This document shows positions 53,902-62,647 of a DNA stretch of 64,000 nt, one piece after another. The notes below the pieces were generated by a model, which saw only the letters and a program-made list of their open reading frames with translations, was not told the origin of the DNA and ran no database searches. Each line of letters opens with the position of its first letter. Position 1 is the stretch's first letter. Source of the stretch: a virus; IMG/VR virus record IMGVR_UViG_3300045997_000112, positions 32,001-96,000 of that record, one strand, 5' to 3'. The position numbers and the translations under genes were made by a program.

Positions 53902-55178
53902 GAGATCGCCCCCCAGACCACCCAGTGAATCCACGTCGAAGTGTTGTTCGACCGCAGCACGCACACCCGGAACCCAGTCGCCCAGTGGGTGTCCACGCTG
54001 ACACCCTTCACCGTGGAGCCCATGACGGTGGACGCCCCAGTGATGACCAGCCCCGGGTCGCCGGACGGGTAGTTGTTGCCACCGTAGGACTCGTCCTTGT
54101 AGGTGTAGGTGTTGGCGATCGGGGTCACCATGGTCGAGCCCATGGCGATGCGGTACCGCTGGGATGCGTCGCCGGACGGGCCCTGCCCACCGCCCGGACC
54201 CTGCGGTCCCTGCGGACCGGCCGGACCTGTCGGCCCCTGCGCTCCGGTCGGGCCCTTCGCTCCGGCCACCGTTCCGGTGGCACCGACGGCGCCCGTGGGT
54301 CCCTTGTCCCCGGTCGGTCCCTTGTCGCCGACGGGTCCCTTGTCGCCGTCCGGGCCGACACCGGGCGCGCCGGGAGGTCCCTTGTCACCCTGGGGCCCGG
54401 TCGGACCCTTCGGACCTTGGGCGCCCTGTTCGCCAGCGAGAGGGACCAACCGCCCAGTGGTCGGATCGAGATAGGAGGCGCGGATGCTTGTGGACTGCGG
54501 CTCTGTCGGTGGTGGCTCCACGGGCGGGGGTGCGGGCAGCCACGGAAGCAACGGTTCGGCAGACCCGATGTTGCACTGGAAGTCATCGAAGACGCTCGGG
54601 CCCGGGTCATAGGACACCGGGCGCACGAACCTGAAGACCCTGAAGTCGGCGAAGGGCGGCGTGATGGCAACGGCCCCGGAGTCGTGCAGGGGGGCTCCGT
54701 CAGTGTCGTAGACCCTGAGCCGGGCGGTCCTCGCGTCGGTGTCCCAACCCATCGTGACCCAGTACCAGACCCCGGGCGGAAGGTGCGGTGACTGACCGGT
54801 GGCGAGTCCGGAGGATCCCTGCATGATCCGGAACCGCTGGTTTGCCCCGGTGGTGTAGAGCACCCCGCCCACGGTCCCAGCGGAGGAGGAGTTGCGTATG
54901 TCGCACAGCCGCGCATCCACCGACGGTGCCGCTCCGGGCTTGAACCAGAACCCGATCGCCGTCTTGGTCACCGGGGCTGCCATGTTCCACTGGAGGAGCC
55001 CGGTCGCGTTGCCCTCGGCCTTGACCCCGATACCGTTCTTGCCGTCCGCCGTGTACGGCACGAGGTTGGGACTGACCGTAGTCCACGGCGTCCCCGAACC
55101 CTGTTCGTCCGCGGTGACGAACTGCCCGGGCGTGCCGCCCTCGCAGTCGTTCCAGAGCGTCGTGGTCGGGGTGCTCAT
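53898..55178 (-). CDS. LamG/ConA-like domain + collagen + H-type-lectin-like protein (paralog 1)
   Basis: [22 protein letters not shown]; [18 protein letters not shown] repeats, IHWVVWG. Confidence 0.85.
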   Translation of the reverse strand: MSTPTTTLWNDCEGGTPGQFVTADEQGSGTPWTTVSPNLVPYTADGKNGIGVKAEGNATGLLQWNMAAPVTKTAIGFWFKPGAAPSVDARLCDIRNSSSAGTVGGVLYTTGANQRFRIMQGSSGLATGQSPHLPPGVWYWVTMGWDTDARTARLRVYDTDGAPLHDSGAVAITPPFADFRVFRFVRPVSYDPGPSVFDDFQCNIGSAEPLLPWLPAPPPVEPPPTEPQSTSIRASYLDPTTGRLVPLAGEQGAQGPKGPTGPQGDKGPPGAPGVGPDGDKGPVGDKGPTGDKGPTGAVGATGTVAGAKGPTGAQGPTGPAGPQGPQGPGGGQGPSGDASQRYRIAMGSTMVTPIANTYTYKDESYGGNNYPSGDPGLVITGASTVMGSTVKGVSVDTHWATGFRVCVLRSNNTSTWIHWVVWGAIS

Positions 55179-55179
55179 G

Positions 55180-55539
55180 TCAGACCTGCGGTGCCGCCGG
55201 TCCGGAGGGCTCCTCCACCGGGGCGGGTGGTGCGGCAGGAGCCGGGTTGGTGTCCATCGGGACCACGGTGGGGTTGCCCATGATCCCCTGCACCGCCGAC
55301 AGGATCATCCCGTCGGTGATCACTGCGGGCTCCCATCCCGGGCGGTCCATCAGCGCGGCGACCGCCGATGCGTACGCCTCACCCCATCCCGGCTGTCCGG
55401 CACACTCCCACTGCACCCGATCGGCGAGCACCAGCGCGGGGATCCCCATCCGGGAGTACCCCTCCTGCGCCATGCACGCCGCGATCCTCGATCGCAGATC
55501 CATGTCAACCGCCGCAGCGGCGATCTCGTTGTAACCCAT
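55180..55539 (-). CDS. Fibre-associated protein (actinophage type)
   Basis: Y..IA....D.DL..RIAAC.AQE...PGWG.AY...[11 protein letters not shown]. Confidence 0.75.
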   Translation of the reverse strand: MGYNEIAAAAVDMDLRSRIAACMAQEGYSRMGIPALVLADRVQWECAGQPGWGEAYASAVAALMDRPGWEPAVITDGMILSAVQGIMGNPTVVPMDTNPAPAAPPAPVEEPSGPAAPQV

Positions 55540-55547
55540 CGCTCCTC

Positions 55548-57332
55548 CTAGACCTTCCACAGCTCGACTGAGTCAACATAGATCCTGTAGCGAGCCGTCG
55601 GGGATCCAAACAGTCCACCGGGCACCATCCATCCCAGGTCGATCCCGCTCCCGGACCCAATGATGCTGAAGGCCCCAACAGAGGTGATGAACACTGGTTG
55701 GGCTGCGAAGTCCCCCACCGCAATGGTGGTGGCGTTGCCCAGCATCATCGTCATGCTGGCATTGCCGTCCGCCGCTCCCGCGAACAGGTCGGAGCGCCAT
55801 GTCACTCGCAACTCGTAGTCCCCACCGGCATATGTCCCGCCCATCGCGGCAGCCAGAGCGTCGCCCGGAAGGTGGATGATCCCCGGGCCCCCCATGAACG
55901 ATGCCTCGGGAGTGTCCACCTGTGCGTGCCCGTTCGGGTGCCACACGATGTCGGGGTAGGTCCCGCCCATGATCCCGCCGGACCCCTTGACCCATCCGTC
56001 GAGTCCGGTGTTGAAGTCCCAGGTGTGGACCAGCCGCCGTGGTGGGGGCAACTCGTACTCAAGGTCGATGGCCACGTACCCGGGGCTCACCGCCTTCGGG
56101 ATCACGAACGAGATGTCGTGCCCGATCGCTGTCTTGATCACGTCCACCCGCTGGGACCCGACATGGCCTCCAGCCCACTGGAACATGCCCATCGACTCCA
56201 GCAGGAACTGGGCCCCGTCATGGGGCTGCGGGTGGGTGACGTGGAAGAGGGTGTCAACCGTCCCGGCCAAGGCGCGGGTGGGCTGCACCAGCCCAGTCAC
56301 CTGCCACCTGCGGAAGTCCTGTGAGCAGCGCCAGCGGGGCCCCACCCATCCCGGGTACGCCTGGAACCCGGGCGCGTACTCCATCTTGACCAGCGACCCG
56401 GCGATCGCCTCGGTCCCCACGTTGATCCACGGCCCCCACGTTGGGTCATTCGCACATGACCGGTGAACCCGCGCCAGTGAGAACCACATCTGGTTCGGGA
56501 TCGACGGGGCCCCGGTGGTCTCAAAGGCAAGATAGTGGTGAGCGCCCGGGGTGTCGTCACGCCCACTGTCGATCCGGAACACGTCGCCCCAGGTTGCAAT
56601 CAAACCCAGACCGCTGATCCCCCAGTGCATCATCCCGAACATGATCTTGGGCAGCGCTGGACCTGGGTCCATGAAGCAGACGATGGTCTTCTTCGACCCA
56701 GCCGCCATGTCCTCAGCCGGTTGACACAGGCCCCGGTACTCGATGTACCCCAGATCCGGGTCATACCGCCACGCTGGACGCTGGAACCCACCAGCTCCGT
56801 GGTCGTTGAAGAACGCCATCTCGGAGACCACAAACCAGTTCATCCCCAGTGCGTTCGGGCCAGTCTGCCGGGCGCGCCAGAACCGGGCGGTGTGGACGGA
56901 CCCGATCTCAAGGCTGACCAGCGCGGACGCCGCCACCTTCTCGGCGGGGACCGTCGTGGTGGCTCCCGGGATCCACGTCACGCCGTCGTCGGAGTGGTCC
57001 ACGGTGACGGTCTTGAAGAAGTGCCCGTTGGACGGTCCGGCCTGGGCAGCCGACCGCTGCCGGAGCGTGAACCCGGCGATGGTCGTCGGAGCCCCGAAGT
57101 CGATCCCGATCCAGCGCTCCGGGCCATCGTCGGAGTGCCACTCGGTCTCGATGCTCCCATCCCGGGCCAGCGCGGGCACGCGGTCCAAAGCGCCGGGATG
57201 GACGCCGTTCGACAGGGCGGTCCCACCCGTGATCCCACTCGCGTAGGGCACCCACCCGGACACGAACGTGGCGTACGGCTTCTCCCCGACATACCCGGCG
57301 GGCTTGACCGCCATCCATGGGCTCCACGTCAT
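55548..57332 (-). CDS. Multi-domain adhesin with discoidin (F5/8C) domain
   Basis: TEWHS...WIGIDFG...IAGFTLRQR...SDDGVTW...ARFWR...VSEMAF; Trp-rich beta repeats. Confidence 0.8.
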   Translation of the reverse strand: MTWSPWMAVKPAGYVGEKPYATFVSGWVPYASGITGGTALSNGVHPGALDRVPALARDGSIETEWHSDDGPERWIGIDFGAPTTIAGFTLRQRSAAQAGPSNGHFFKTVTVDHSDDGVTWIPGATTTVPAEKVAASALVSLEIGSVHTARFWRARQTGPNALGMNWFVVSEMAFFNDHGAGGFQRPAWRYDPDLGYIEYRGLCQPAEDMAAGSKKTIVCFMDPGPALPKIMFGMMHWGISGLGLIATWGDVFRIDSGRDDTPGAHHYLAFETTGAPSIPNQMWFSLARVHRSCANDPTWGPWINVGTEAIAGSLVKMEYAPGFQAYPGWVGPRWRCSQDFRRWQVTGLVQPTRALAGTVDTLFHVTHPQPHDGAQFLLESMGMFQWAGGHVGSQRVDVIKTAIGHDISFVIPKAVSPGYVAIDLEYELPPPRRLVHTWDFNTGLDGWVKGSGGIMGGTYPDIVWHPNGHAQVDTPEASFMGGPGIIHLPGDALAAAMGGTYAGGDYELRVTWRSDLFAGAADGNASMTMMLGNATTIAVGDFAAQPVFITSVGAFSIIGSGSGIDLGWMVPGGLFGSPTARYRIYVDSVELWKV

Positions 57333-58429
57333 GTCGGCTCATCTCCGAAGTAGAAGACCGCGTCGATCCCCATCCACGCCCCGACAGGCATGTGCTCCTG
57401 GCCGTTGAACCACCGCAGGTGCACGTCATGGTGGATGTTGTACGAGAAGATCGCATCCGGAGCCGGTGGTGGAGACGGGACTGCGTCGAAGCGCACCATC
57501 ACCCCGGAGAACAGCGCGGTCTTGTCCGGGGAGGCCACCCCATAGGACATCGCGTTGACCGTCGGCTTCGGGATCACATCCTCGTAATGCCCGTTCGGAT
57601 AGGACCCGACGTAGTGGGTTGGGATCGAGCAGGAGATGATGAGTGACCGGACCACGGTGGGATTCAGCAGATCCACCCAGTCCTGGGTGAACTGGGCCAA
57701 CCCCTGGTACTGGATCTTCTGGCCCTTGATCGAGTACCGCCACTTCACCTTCTGGAAACCCTTGTCATAGTGGGTCACCCCGGCTGTGAACCACGCCGCT
57801 GGGGCGGAGAACGACGCCGATGACCCCACCGTCATCCAGTCAGACCAGTCCTCCTCGTAGTGGGTCTCGGGGGCCCCCACCCAGCGGACCCCGTCGTGAG
57901 CCGCGATCGGCTCCCACGAGTTGCCGTCCCAGCCCTTCGGCTGCGGGACCCACTGGACCCCGTCCCAACCCGCCGGGGTCGGCTCGTCCCAGAGCGTGAG
58001 GTTGCGGACCTCGACCCAGCAGCCGTCCTTGTTGACCCCATCAGTGCCCCACCACCAGAGTTGGATGCCACCATCCATGAATGCCAGCGGTGCCTGGAAC
58101 GGACGCCACTTGCTGTCGGCGACCCACATCGGCTTGCTGACCCCGGCCAACTCGGAGGCGAACACACCCCCGATCGAACCGGGCGCGTCCCAGTTGGTCC
58201 GGTACTCCCCGCGAGCCCAGATCTGCTTGCCGTTCGCCGTCCCGGTGATCACGTTGAGCGGGATCATGTAGCAGAAGTTGAACCCGCCGCCCTGCAGCGT
58301 CCAGCGGTGCGCCGGAGTGCCGTCGGCCTGCAGGAAGGACACGCACTGGGTCTGGCGCTCCGGTGGGGCGAAGAACCCCCCGTTGACCGCCCAGACCAGA
58401 CCGTGGTTGTACCGGTGCAACAGCCGCAT
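57329..58429 (-). CDS. Trp-rich receptor-binding/fibre tip protein
   Basis: Three WDG/HDG..W repeats; C-terminal beta domain related to the repeats of 55548..57332. Confidence 0.7.
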   Translation of the reverse strand: MRLLHRYNHGLVWAVNGGFFAPPERQTQCVSFLQADGTPAHRWTLQGGGFNFCYMIPLNVITGTANGKQIWARGEYRTNWDAPGSIGGVFASELAGVSKPMWVADSKWRPFQAPLAFMDGGIQLWWWGTDGVNKDGCWVEVRNLTLWDEPTPAGWDGVQWVPQPKGWDGNSWEPIAAHDGVRWVGAPETHYEEDWSDWMTVGSSASFSAPAAWFTAGVTHYDKGFQKVKWRYSIKGQKIQYQGLAQFTQDWVDLLNPTVVRSLIISCSIPTHYVGSYPNGHYEDVIPKPTVNAMSYGVASPDKTALFSGVMVRFDAVPSPPPAPDAIFSYNIHHDVHLRWFNGQEHMPVGAWMGIDAVFYFGDEPT

Positions 58430-60873
58430 CAGGTCACCTGTGGGACCCAGATCATCCCCGACTTGGGGGAGGCCGGTGCGGTTGGGGACACGACAGCCGC
58501 CGCCGCGTGGGAGTCCACGTACGCCTTGGTCGCGGCGTGCTTGGCGGCAGTGGGCTCGTTGACGAGGATCAGGTCCGTCCCGTTGAGCAGGCTGATGTGC
58601 CCGGTGCTCCGGTCGATCTGGAGGACATCGACTTCCTTGCCGTTCGTGTAGATGCGGAAGCGCCGATTGGCGCCCGCACCGGTAGTGCCGAGCACGAAGT
58701 CCTGATTGCCGGTGTCCTTGCTGCGAAACTCGAACTGGGCAAGATCACCACCGTCGCCGCGCTCGATGGCGAAGAAGGCGTTGCCGTCGGAGTTGACCGT
58801 GATGCCGTGAGCGGCCACCGTCAACTCGCCGGACAGTTCCCCACCGGTCAGTGGCAGGAAGCCGCCAGTACTGCCTGCCGCCGACGGGTTCACCCAGATC
58901 TTGATGTCTGGGCTCGTCGGCTCCGCGTCCTGGATCGCCACCTCTGCTGGGGTGAAGATCAGGCTGTCAGTACCCAGCTTCGACTGGTTCCCCGCATCAG
59001 TGGACACGGCCGTCGGGCCAGCGGGACCCGTGTCACCGGTATCACCCTTCGGCCCGGTGGTGCCCTGCGGGCCCTGAGCCCCATCATTGCCCTGAGGTCC
59101 AGCCGGTCCCACTGCACCTGGGGCGCCAGCAGGACCAACGAGAGCACTCGTGTCGCCCCACACGGGCTGACCGTTGTCGAGGGTGAGCACAGAACCGTCG
59201 GGGACACCGCCGCTGAAGGTGACATTGATCAGCGAGCTCGCAGGCGGGATCACCGTTGGCTTGGGCCGCGACGGGTCAAGGTAACTCGTCGTGGTCAGCG
59301 AGAAGTAGTCGCCAGACCCACCGCCACTGATCCACGACACAGTGGCAGTAGCCACCTCGTAGGTGTCCATGCCGATGTAGTACGTCCACAGATGCTCGGT
59401 GCCGTCATCGGGGAACAGCGACTGCAACTCTGCTCGCGTCCAGATCCGACCATTCAGATCCTCCGAATGGAACGCGATGACACCGACCTGCGTACCTCCG
59501 CCGTGCAGTTCCAGCGTCGCCTCCCCGGGCTGACTGGGATTCTGGTTGGCGCTGATCCGCCACGTCCCCCCAAGCGGGCCGGGGATATCAGGCAGCCCGC
59601 TCGATGGTGCGTCCCACACGCTCGCGCCCGAGAGCGTCCACCACTGGTTGCTCACACCGTCAGCGGGCGGAAACTCCTGACCGTAAGAGCCATCAGCGAT
59701 GCAGCGGTACATGCTCCGGGTGTCCCAGTCAACGACGTAATCCCCGACGGAGTAGCTGTTGGTGCTTTCCCAAATGCCGGGCATAGCCGCACTGAAGATT
59801 CCGTTGAGAGCCCTAGCGTTCTCAGCGGCGGTCTCCTCCAGGATGCTTACCCACTCGGCAAGCGAGTGGCCGGACAACTCGAACCAGATCGCACCGTAAT
59901 CCGTGCCGGGCTCGGTGTCAGCGTTGTCGGACGAGAGGGCGAAGTAGTAGTCGCCGTTGTGCGTGACGATGGTGCCCCGGTCCACACCCGAGCCACTGAC
60001 CCACGGGTCGATGGAGGTCTGGTCGAAGCCCATGCCGACGGGCATCCCGGAGACAGGCGGGTCGATCGGACCCCATGCGCCCTCTGCCGTCGTCCCGAGC
60101 ACCTTGCCGGGCGGGGTGTCAGCCGGGGCGGTCACGTCGGTCAGGATGTCCAGCGGACCAGCGGGACCTGCAGGACCAGTGGCGCCATCAGCTCCAGGAA
60201 CACCTTGGATGCCCTGAAGGCCCGTGGGGCCCTGTTCGCCCGTGTCACCCTTGGGACCTTGGGCCCCATCATTGCCAGGAGGGCCTTGGATCCCGGGGTT
60301 GCCCTGATCGCCCTTGTCGCCCTTGGGTCCCTGGGCACCCGTAGCGCCGTCGGCTCCGGCAGCTCCGGTATCGCCCTTGGGTCCCTGGGGACCGACTCCA
60401 CCCGTGGCTCCCGATGGACCGACCTCGCCCTGGATCCCTTGGGCACCTGTGTCGCCCTTGTCGCCCTTCGGCCCGGCAGGGCCCTGAGCGCCAACCTCAC
60501 CTTGGATTCCCTGGATCCCCGGGTCACCCTTGTCGCCCTTGGGGCCTTGGAGTCCGGTGTTGCCCGTATCGCCCTTCGGACCGACAGGGCCCTGGCTTCC
60601 CTGAGGACCCTGGAAGTGGCCGATCGCCTGCCACTGGCCGTCGGTGTTCCAGATGTGCACATCACCAGTGGCCGTCACCAGATGGGCATCACCCGGCTGG
60701 TTCCCCGTGGTCGGAAGATCACCCGCTGTGGCGACCGCGCTGAGGATGCGGATGCCCTGACCCTGGATCCCTTGGGGCCCCTGAGGACCCGTGCCTCCAG
60801 GGGGGCCCTGGGGACCGGTGTCTCCGGTGTCTCCCTTGGGGCCCTTGATGTTGAGCTTCTGCTCCCATGCCAT
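58429..60873 (-). CDS. Long collagen-like fibre with CBM5/12-like modules
   Basis: Extensive Gly-X-Y; WVSGSGVDRGTIVTHNGDYYFA and WESTNSYSVGDYVV..YRC; HAATKAYVD. Confidence 0.9.
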   Translation of the reverse strand: MAWEQKLNIKGPKGDTGDTGPQGPPGGTGPQGPQGIQGQGIRILSAVATAGDLPTTGNQPGDAHLVTATGDVHIWNTDGQWQAIGHFQGPQGSQGPVGPKGDTGNTGLQGPKGDKGDPGIQGIQGEVGAQGPAGPKGDKGDTGAQGIQGEVGPSGATGGVGPQGPKGDTGAAGADGATGAQGPKGDKGDQGNPGIQGPPGNDGAQGPKGDTGEQGPTGLQGIQGVPGADGATGPAGPAGPLDILTDVTAPADTPPGKVLGTTAEGAWGPIDPPVSGMPVGMGFDQTSIDPWVSGSGVDRGTIVTHNGDYYFALSSDNADTEPGTDYGAIWFELSGHSLAEWVSILEETAAENARALNGIFSAAMPGIWESTNSYSVGDYVVDWDTRSMYRCIADGSYGQEFPPADGVSNQWWTLSGASVWDAPSSGLPDIPGPLGGTWRISANQNPSQPGEATLELHGGGTQVGVIAFHSEDLNGRIWTRAELQSLFPDDGTEHLWTYYIGMDTYEVATATVSWISGGGSGDYFSLTTTSYLDPSRPKPTVIPPASSLINVTFSGGVPDGSVLTLDNGQPVWGDTSALVGPAGAPGAVGPAGPQGNDGAQGPQGTTGPKGDTGDTGPAGPTAVSTDAGNQSKLGTDSLIFTPAEVAIQDAEPTSPDIKIWVNPSAAGSTGGFLPLTGGELSGELTVAAHGITVNSDGNAFFAIERGDGGDLAQFEFRSKDTGNQDFVLGTTGAGANRRFRIYTNGKEVDVLQIDRSTGHISLLNGTDLILVNEPTAAKHAATKAYVDSHAAAAVVSPTAPASPKSGMIWVPQVT

Positions 60874-60882
60874 CGGGTGTCC

Positions 60883-61596
60883 TTACGAGACGAGGTTGTA
60901 GACGTCGCCAGTGGCCGTGTCCAGGTAGAGGTCGCCGACAACCGCGTTGGGAACATTGGTGGGTATCCCGGCCCCGATGAACCACCCGTTGCCTCGAGCT
61001 CCCGGAGCTCCCTGCGGACCGACGTTGCCCTGAGGACCGGCCAACGACAGACCAGAGCCCCACGCCCCAGATGTTCCGCCCGTCCGGGGTCCGTACAGCG
61101 TCTTGCCCGACAGGTCCAGGTAGTAGTCACCGTCCCTGCCGATATCGGCAGCGGGGACACCTGCACCCGAGAGGATCGTGGACCCGGCGTCACCCTGCGG
61201 TCCCTGGATCTGTCCCAGGTTCTGGTGCCCTGCAGCGCCAGCGGCCGCAACATCCGTGGAGATCCACATATCGCCGGTGCTGGTGACGAAGTAGATGTTC
61301 CCCGGCACGGAGTCGGCGGGAAGGTCCTCAACATTGGTGACCGACCCTTCGATCGAAAGACCGGGGCCCCGATCACCGGTCTCGCCCTTCAGGGAGATTC
61401 CGGAGAGTGGCCATGCGGTTGCGCCTCGAGGCCCGAACAGCACCTTGGTGGTCTCGGAGAAGAAGTAGTCGCCCTCTGCCCCCAGATCATGCGGGGGGAG
61501 GAGGGCCACATCGGTGTAGATCTGGGAACCGGGAGCTCCCGCTTGTCCAGGATCGCCCTGTGGGCCCTTGATGTTTCCTGCCTTGGCCCACGCCAT
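60883..61596 (-). CDS. Collagen-like fibre protein
   Basis: Repeats of G.G.P....G..GDYYLD......YGP separated by short Gly-X-Y tracts. Confidence 0.88.
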   Translation of the reverse strand: MAWAKAGNIKGPQGDPGQAGAPGSQIYTDVALLPPHDLGAEGDYFFSETTKVLFGPRGATAWPLSGISLKGETGDRGPGLSIEGSVTNVEDLPADSVPGNIYFVTSTGDMWISTDVAAAGAAGHQNLGQIQGPQGDAGSTILSGAGVPAADIGRDGDYYLDLSGKTLYGPRTGGTSGAWGSGLSLAGPQGNVGPQGAPGARGNGWFIGAGIPTNVPNAVVGDLYLDTATGDVYNLVS

Positions 61597-61597
61597 G

Positions 61598-62635
61598 TCA
61601 GTTCCCTCCGGTCAGCGAGATGATCTCGCGGGTGTACACGTCCCAGGTGGTCGTATCCAGGTAGGCGTCATTCTGATCCCCAATGGTGGGAGCAGGTGCG
61701 CCCCGACCGAAGATCCACTCGGATCCATCAACTCCGTCGACTCCCGGATCACCGGTGTCGCCCTTCTCTCCCCGAGGTCCTTGCTCCCCTTGTGGCCCGA
61801 CGGGGCCTTGGGGTCCCCGGATGGGGCCGACGTTCTGCCACGCAGATCCGTCCCACACCACGCCATCGCCAATGGCGGCCGGATGATCCGGGCCCACTGG
61901 AGCGCCTGAGGTGTCGGTGAGGATCCACATGTCCCCGACAGAGCCCTGGAGCGTAGTGATGTAGGACCACGTCCCGGATCCCCGGATGGTGACCCCGGAC
62001 CCGTCCGCACCGGGCGTGCCCTGGGGTCCGGTGGGGCCGACTCTCCCATCAAACCCACGGGGGCCCTGCGGTCCCGTGTCTCCCTTGGGCCCGGGAACAC
62101 CCTGCTGGCCCTGGGGTCCCTCGGGACCCACAAGGTTGGAGAGCATGTTCCACGCCGAACCGTCCGAGATGGCCAGCTCACCGGAGTCCGTCACCAGATA
62201 GGCGTCTCCGGCCGGGACGCCAGCATTGGGCCACCCCGGGAGCATGGACTCGGACCGCACAACATTGGTGATGTGGATCCCCTGGCCCTGAACGCCTGGC
62301 GCGACCACGCCCTCGAGGGGAACCCACCGACTTCCATCCCATACGACAACGGCATCGAACTTCGGAGCCGGGGACAGCAACGCCTTGTTGACGATCGCCA
62401 TCACGCCTGCGGGGAGTCCACCCGCAGCTGCCTCGGCCTCCAGGCGCTCGTACTCCGGTCGGGTGCTGATCACTCGGACGTAGGGCCCGTACACCGCTGC
62501 GGCGTCCGGAACCAGCGCCATCAGGTCGAAGAGGACCCGGCGCAGGTCCACCACATCCACGTAGCCCTGATCCGGATCTCCCGGAAGAGGACCCAAGGGG
62601 ATGAGTGCGACCTCAATCTTCCGAGGATCGATCAT
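61598..62635 (-). CDS. Collagen-like fibre protein
   Basis: Shared N-terminal anchor motif, WDGSRW/WDGSAW knots, Gly-X-Y tracts. Confidence 0.88.
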   Translation of the reverse strand: MIDPRKIEVALIPLGPLPGDPDQGYVDVVDLRRVLFDLMALVPDAAAVYGPYVRVISTRPEYERLEAEAAAGGLPAGVMAIVNKALLSPAPKFDAVVVWDGSRWVPLEGVVAPGVQGQGIHITNVVRSESMLPGWPNAGVPAGDAYLVTDSGELAISDGSAWNMLSNLVGPEGPQGQQGVPGPKGDTGPQGPRGFDGRVGPTGPQGTPGADGSGVTIRGSGTWSYITTLQGSVGDMWILTDTSGAPVGPDHPAAIGDGVVWDGSAWQNVGPIRGPQGPVGPQGEQGPRGEKGDTGDPGVDGVDGSEWIFGRGAPAPTIGDQNDAYLDTTTWDVYTREIISLTGGN

Positions 62636-62647
62636 GGGTTACGCCTT

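Larger units (their letters stand above)
1551..62267. repeat. Dispersed octamer CAACATTG/CAATGTTG (20 exact copies found by eye)
   Basis: Starts at 1551, 2774, 8351, 15969, 18903, 22092, 25906, 31395, 32840, 33790, 37847, 43021, 43427, 47197, 48112, 50407, 51331, 53299, 61329, 62260. Confidence 0.85.

Noticed and set aside
58507-61623. 1038-aa plus-strand ORF, and other long plus-strand ORFs such as 17590..19416, 24365..26041, 29561..31177 and 37817..39550
   Set aside because: They are antisense shadows of high-GC minus-strand genes, with no recognisable motifs and fully overlapping well-supported CDSs.
46241-62635. Short tandem DNA repeats (e.g. cccttgtcgcc, ggccctg) as a CRISPR array or DGR template/variable repeats
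   Set aside because: They are explained by Gly-X-Y codons. There is no constant repeat-spacer period, no adenine-specific divergent repeat pair was seen, and there is no reverse transcriptase or cas gene in the window.
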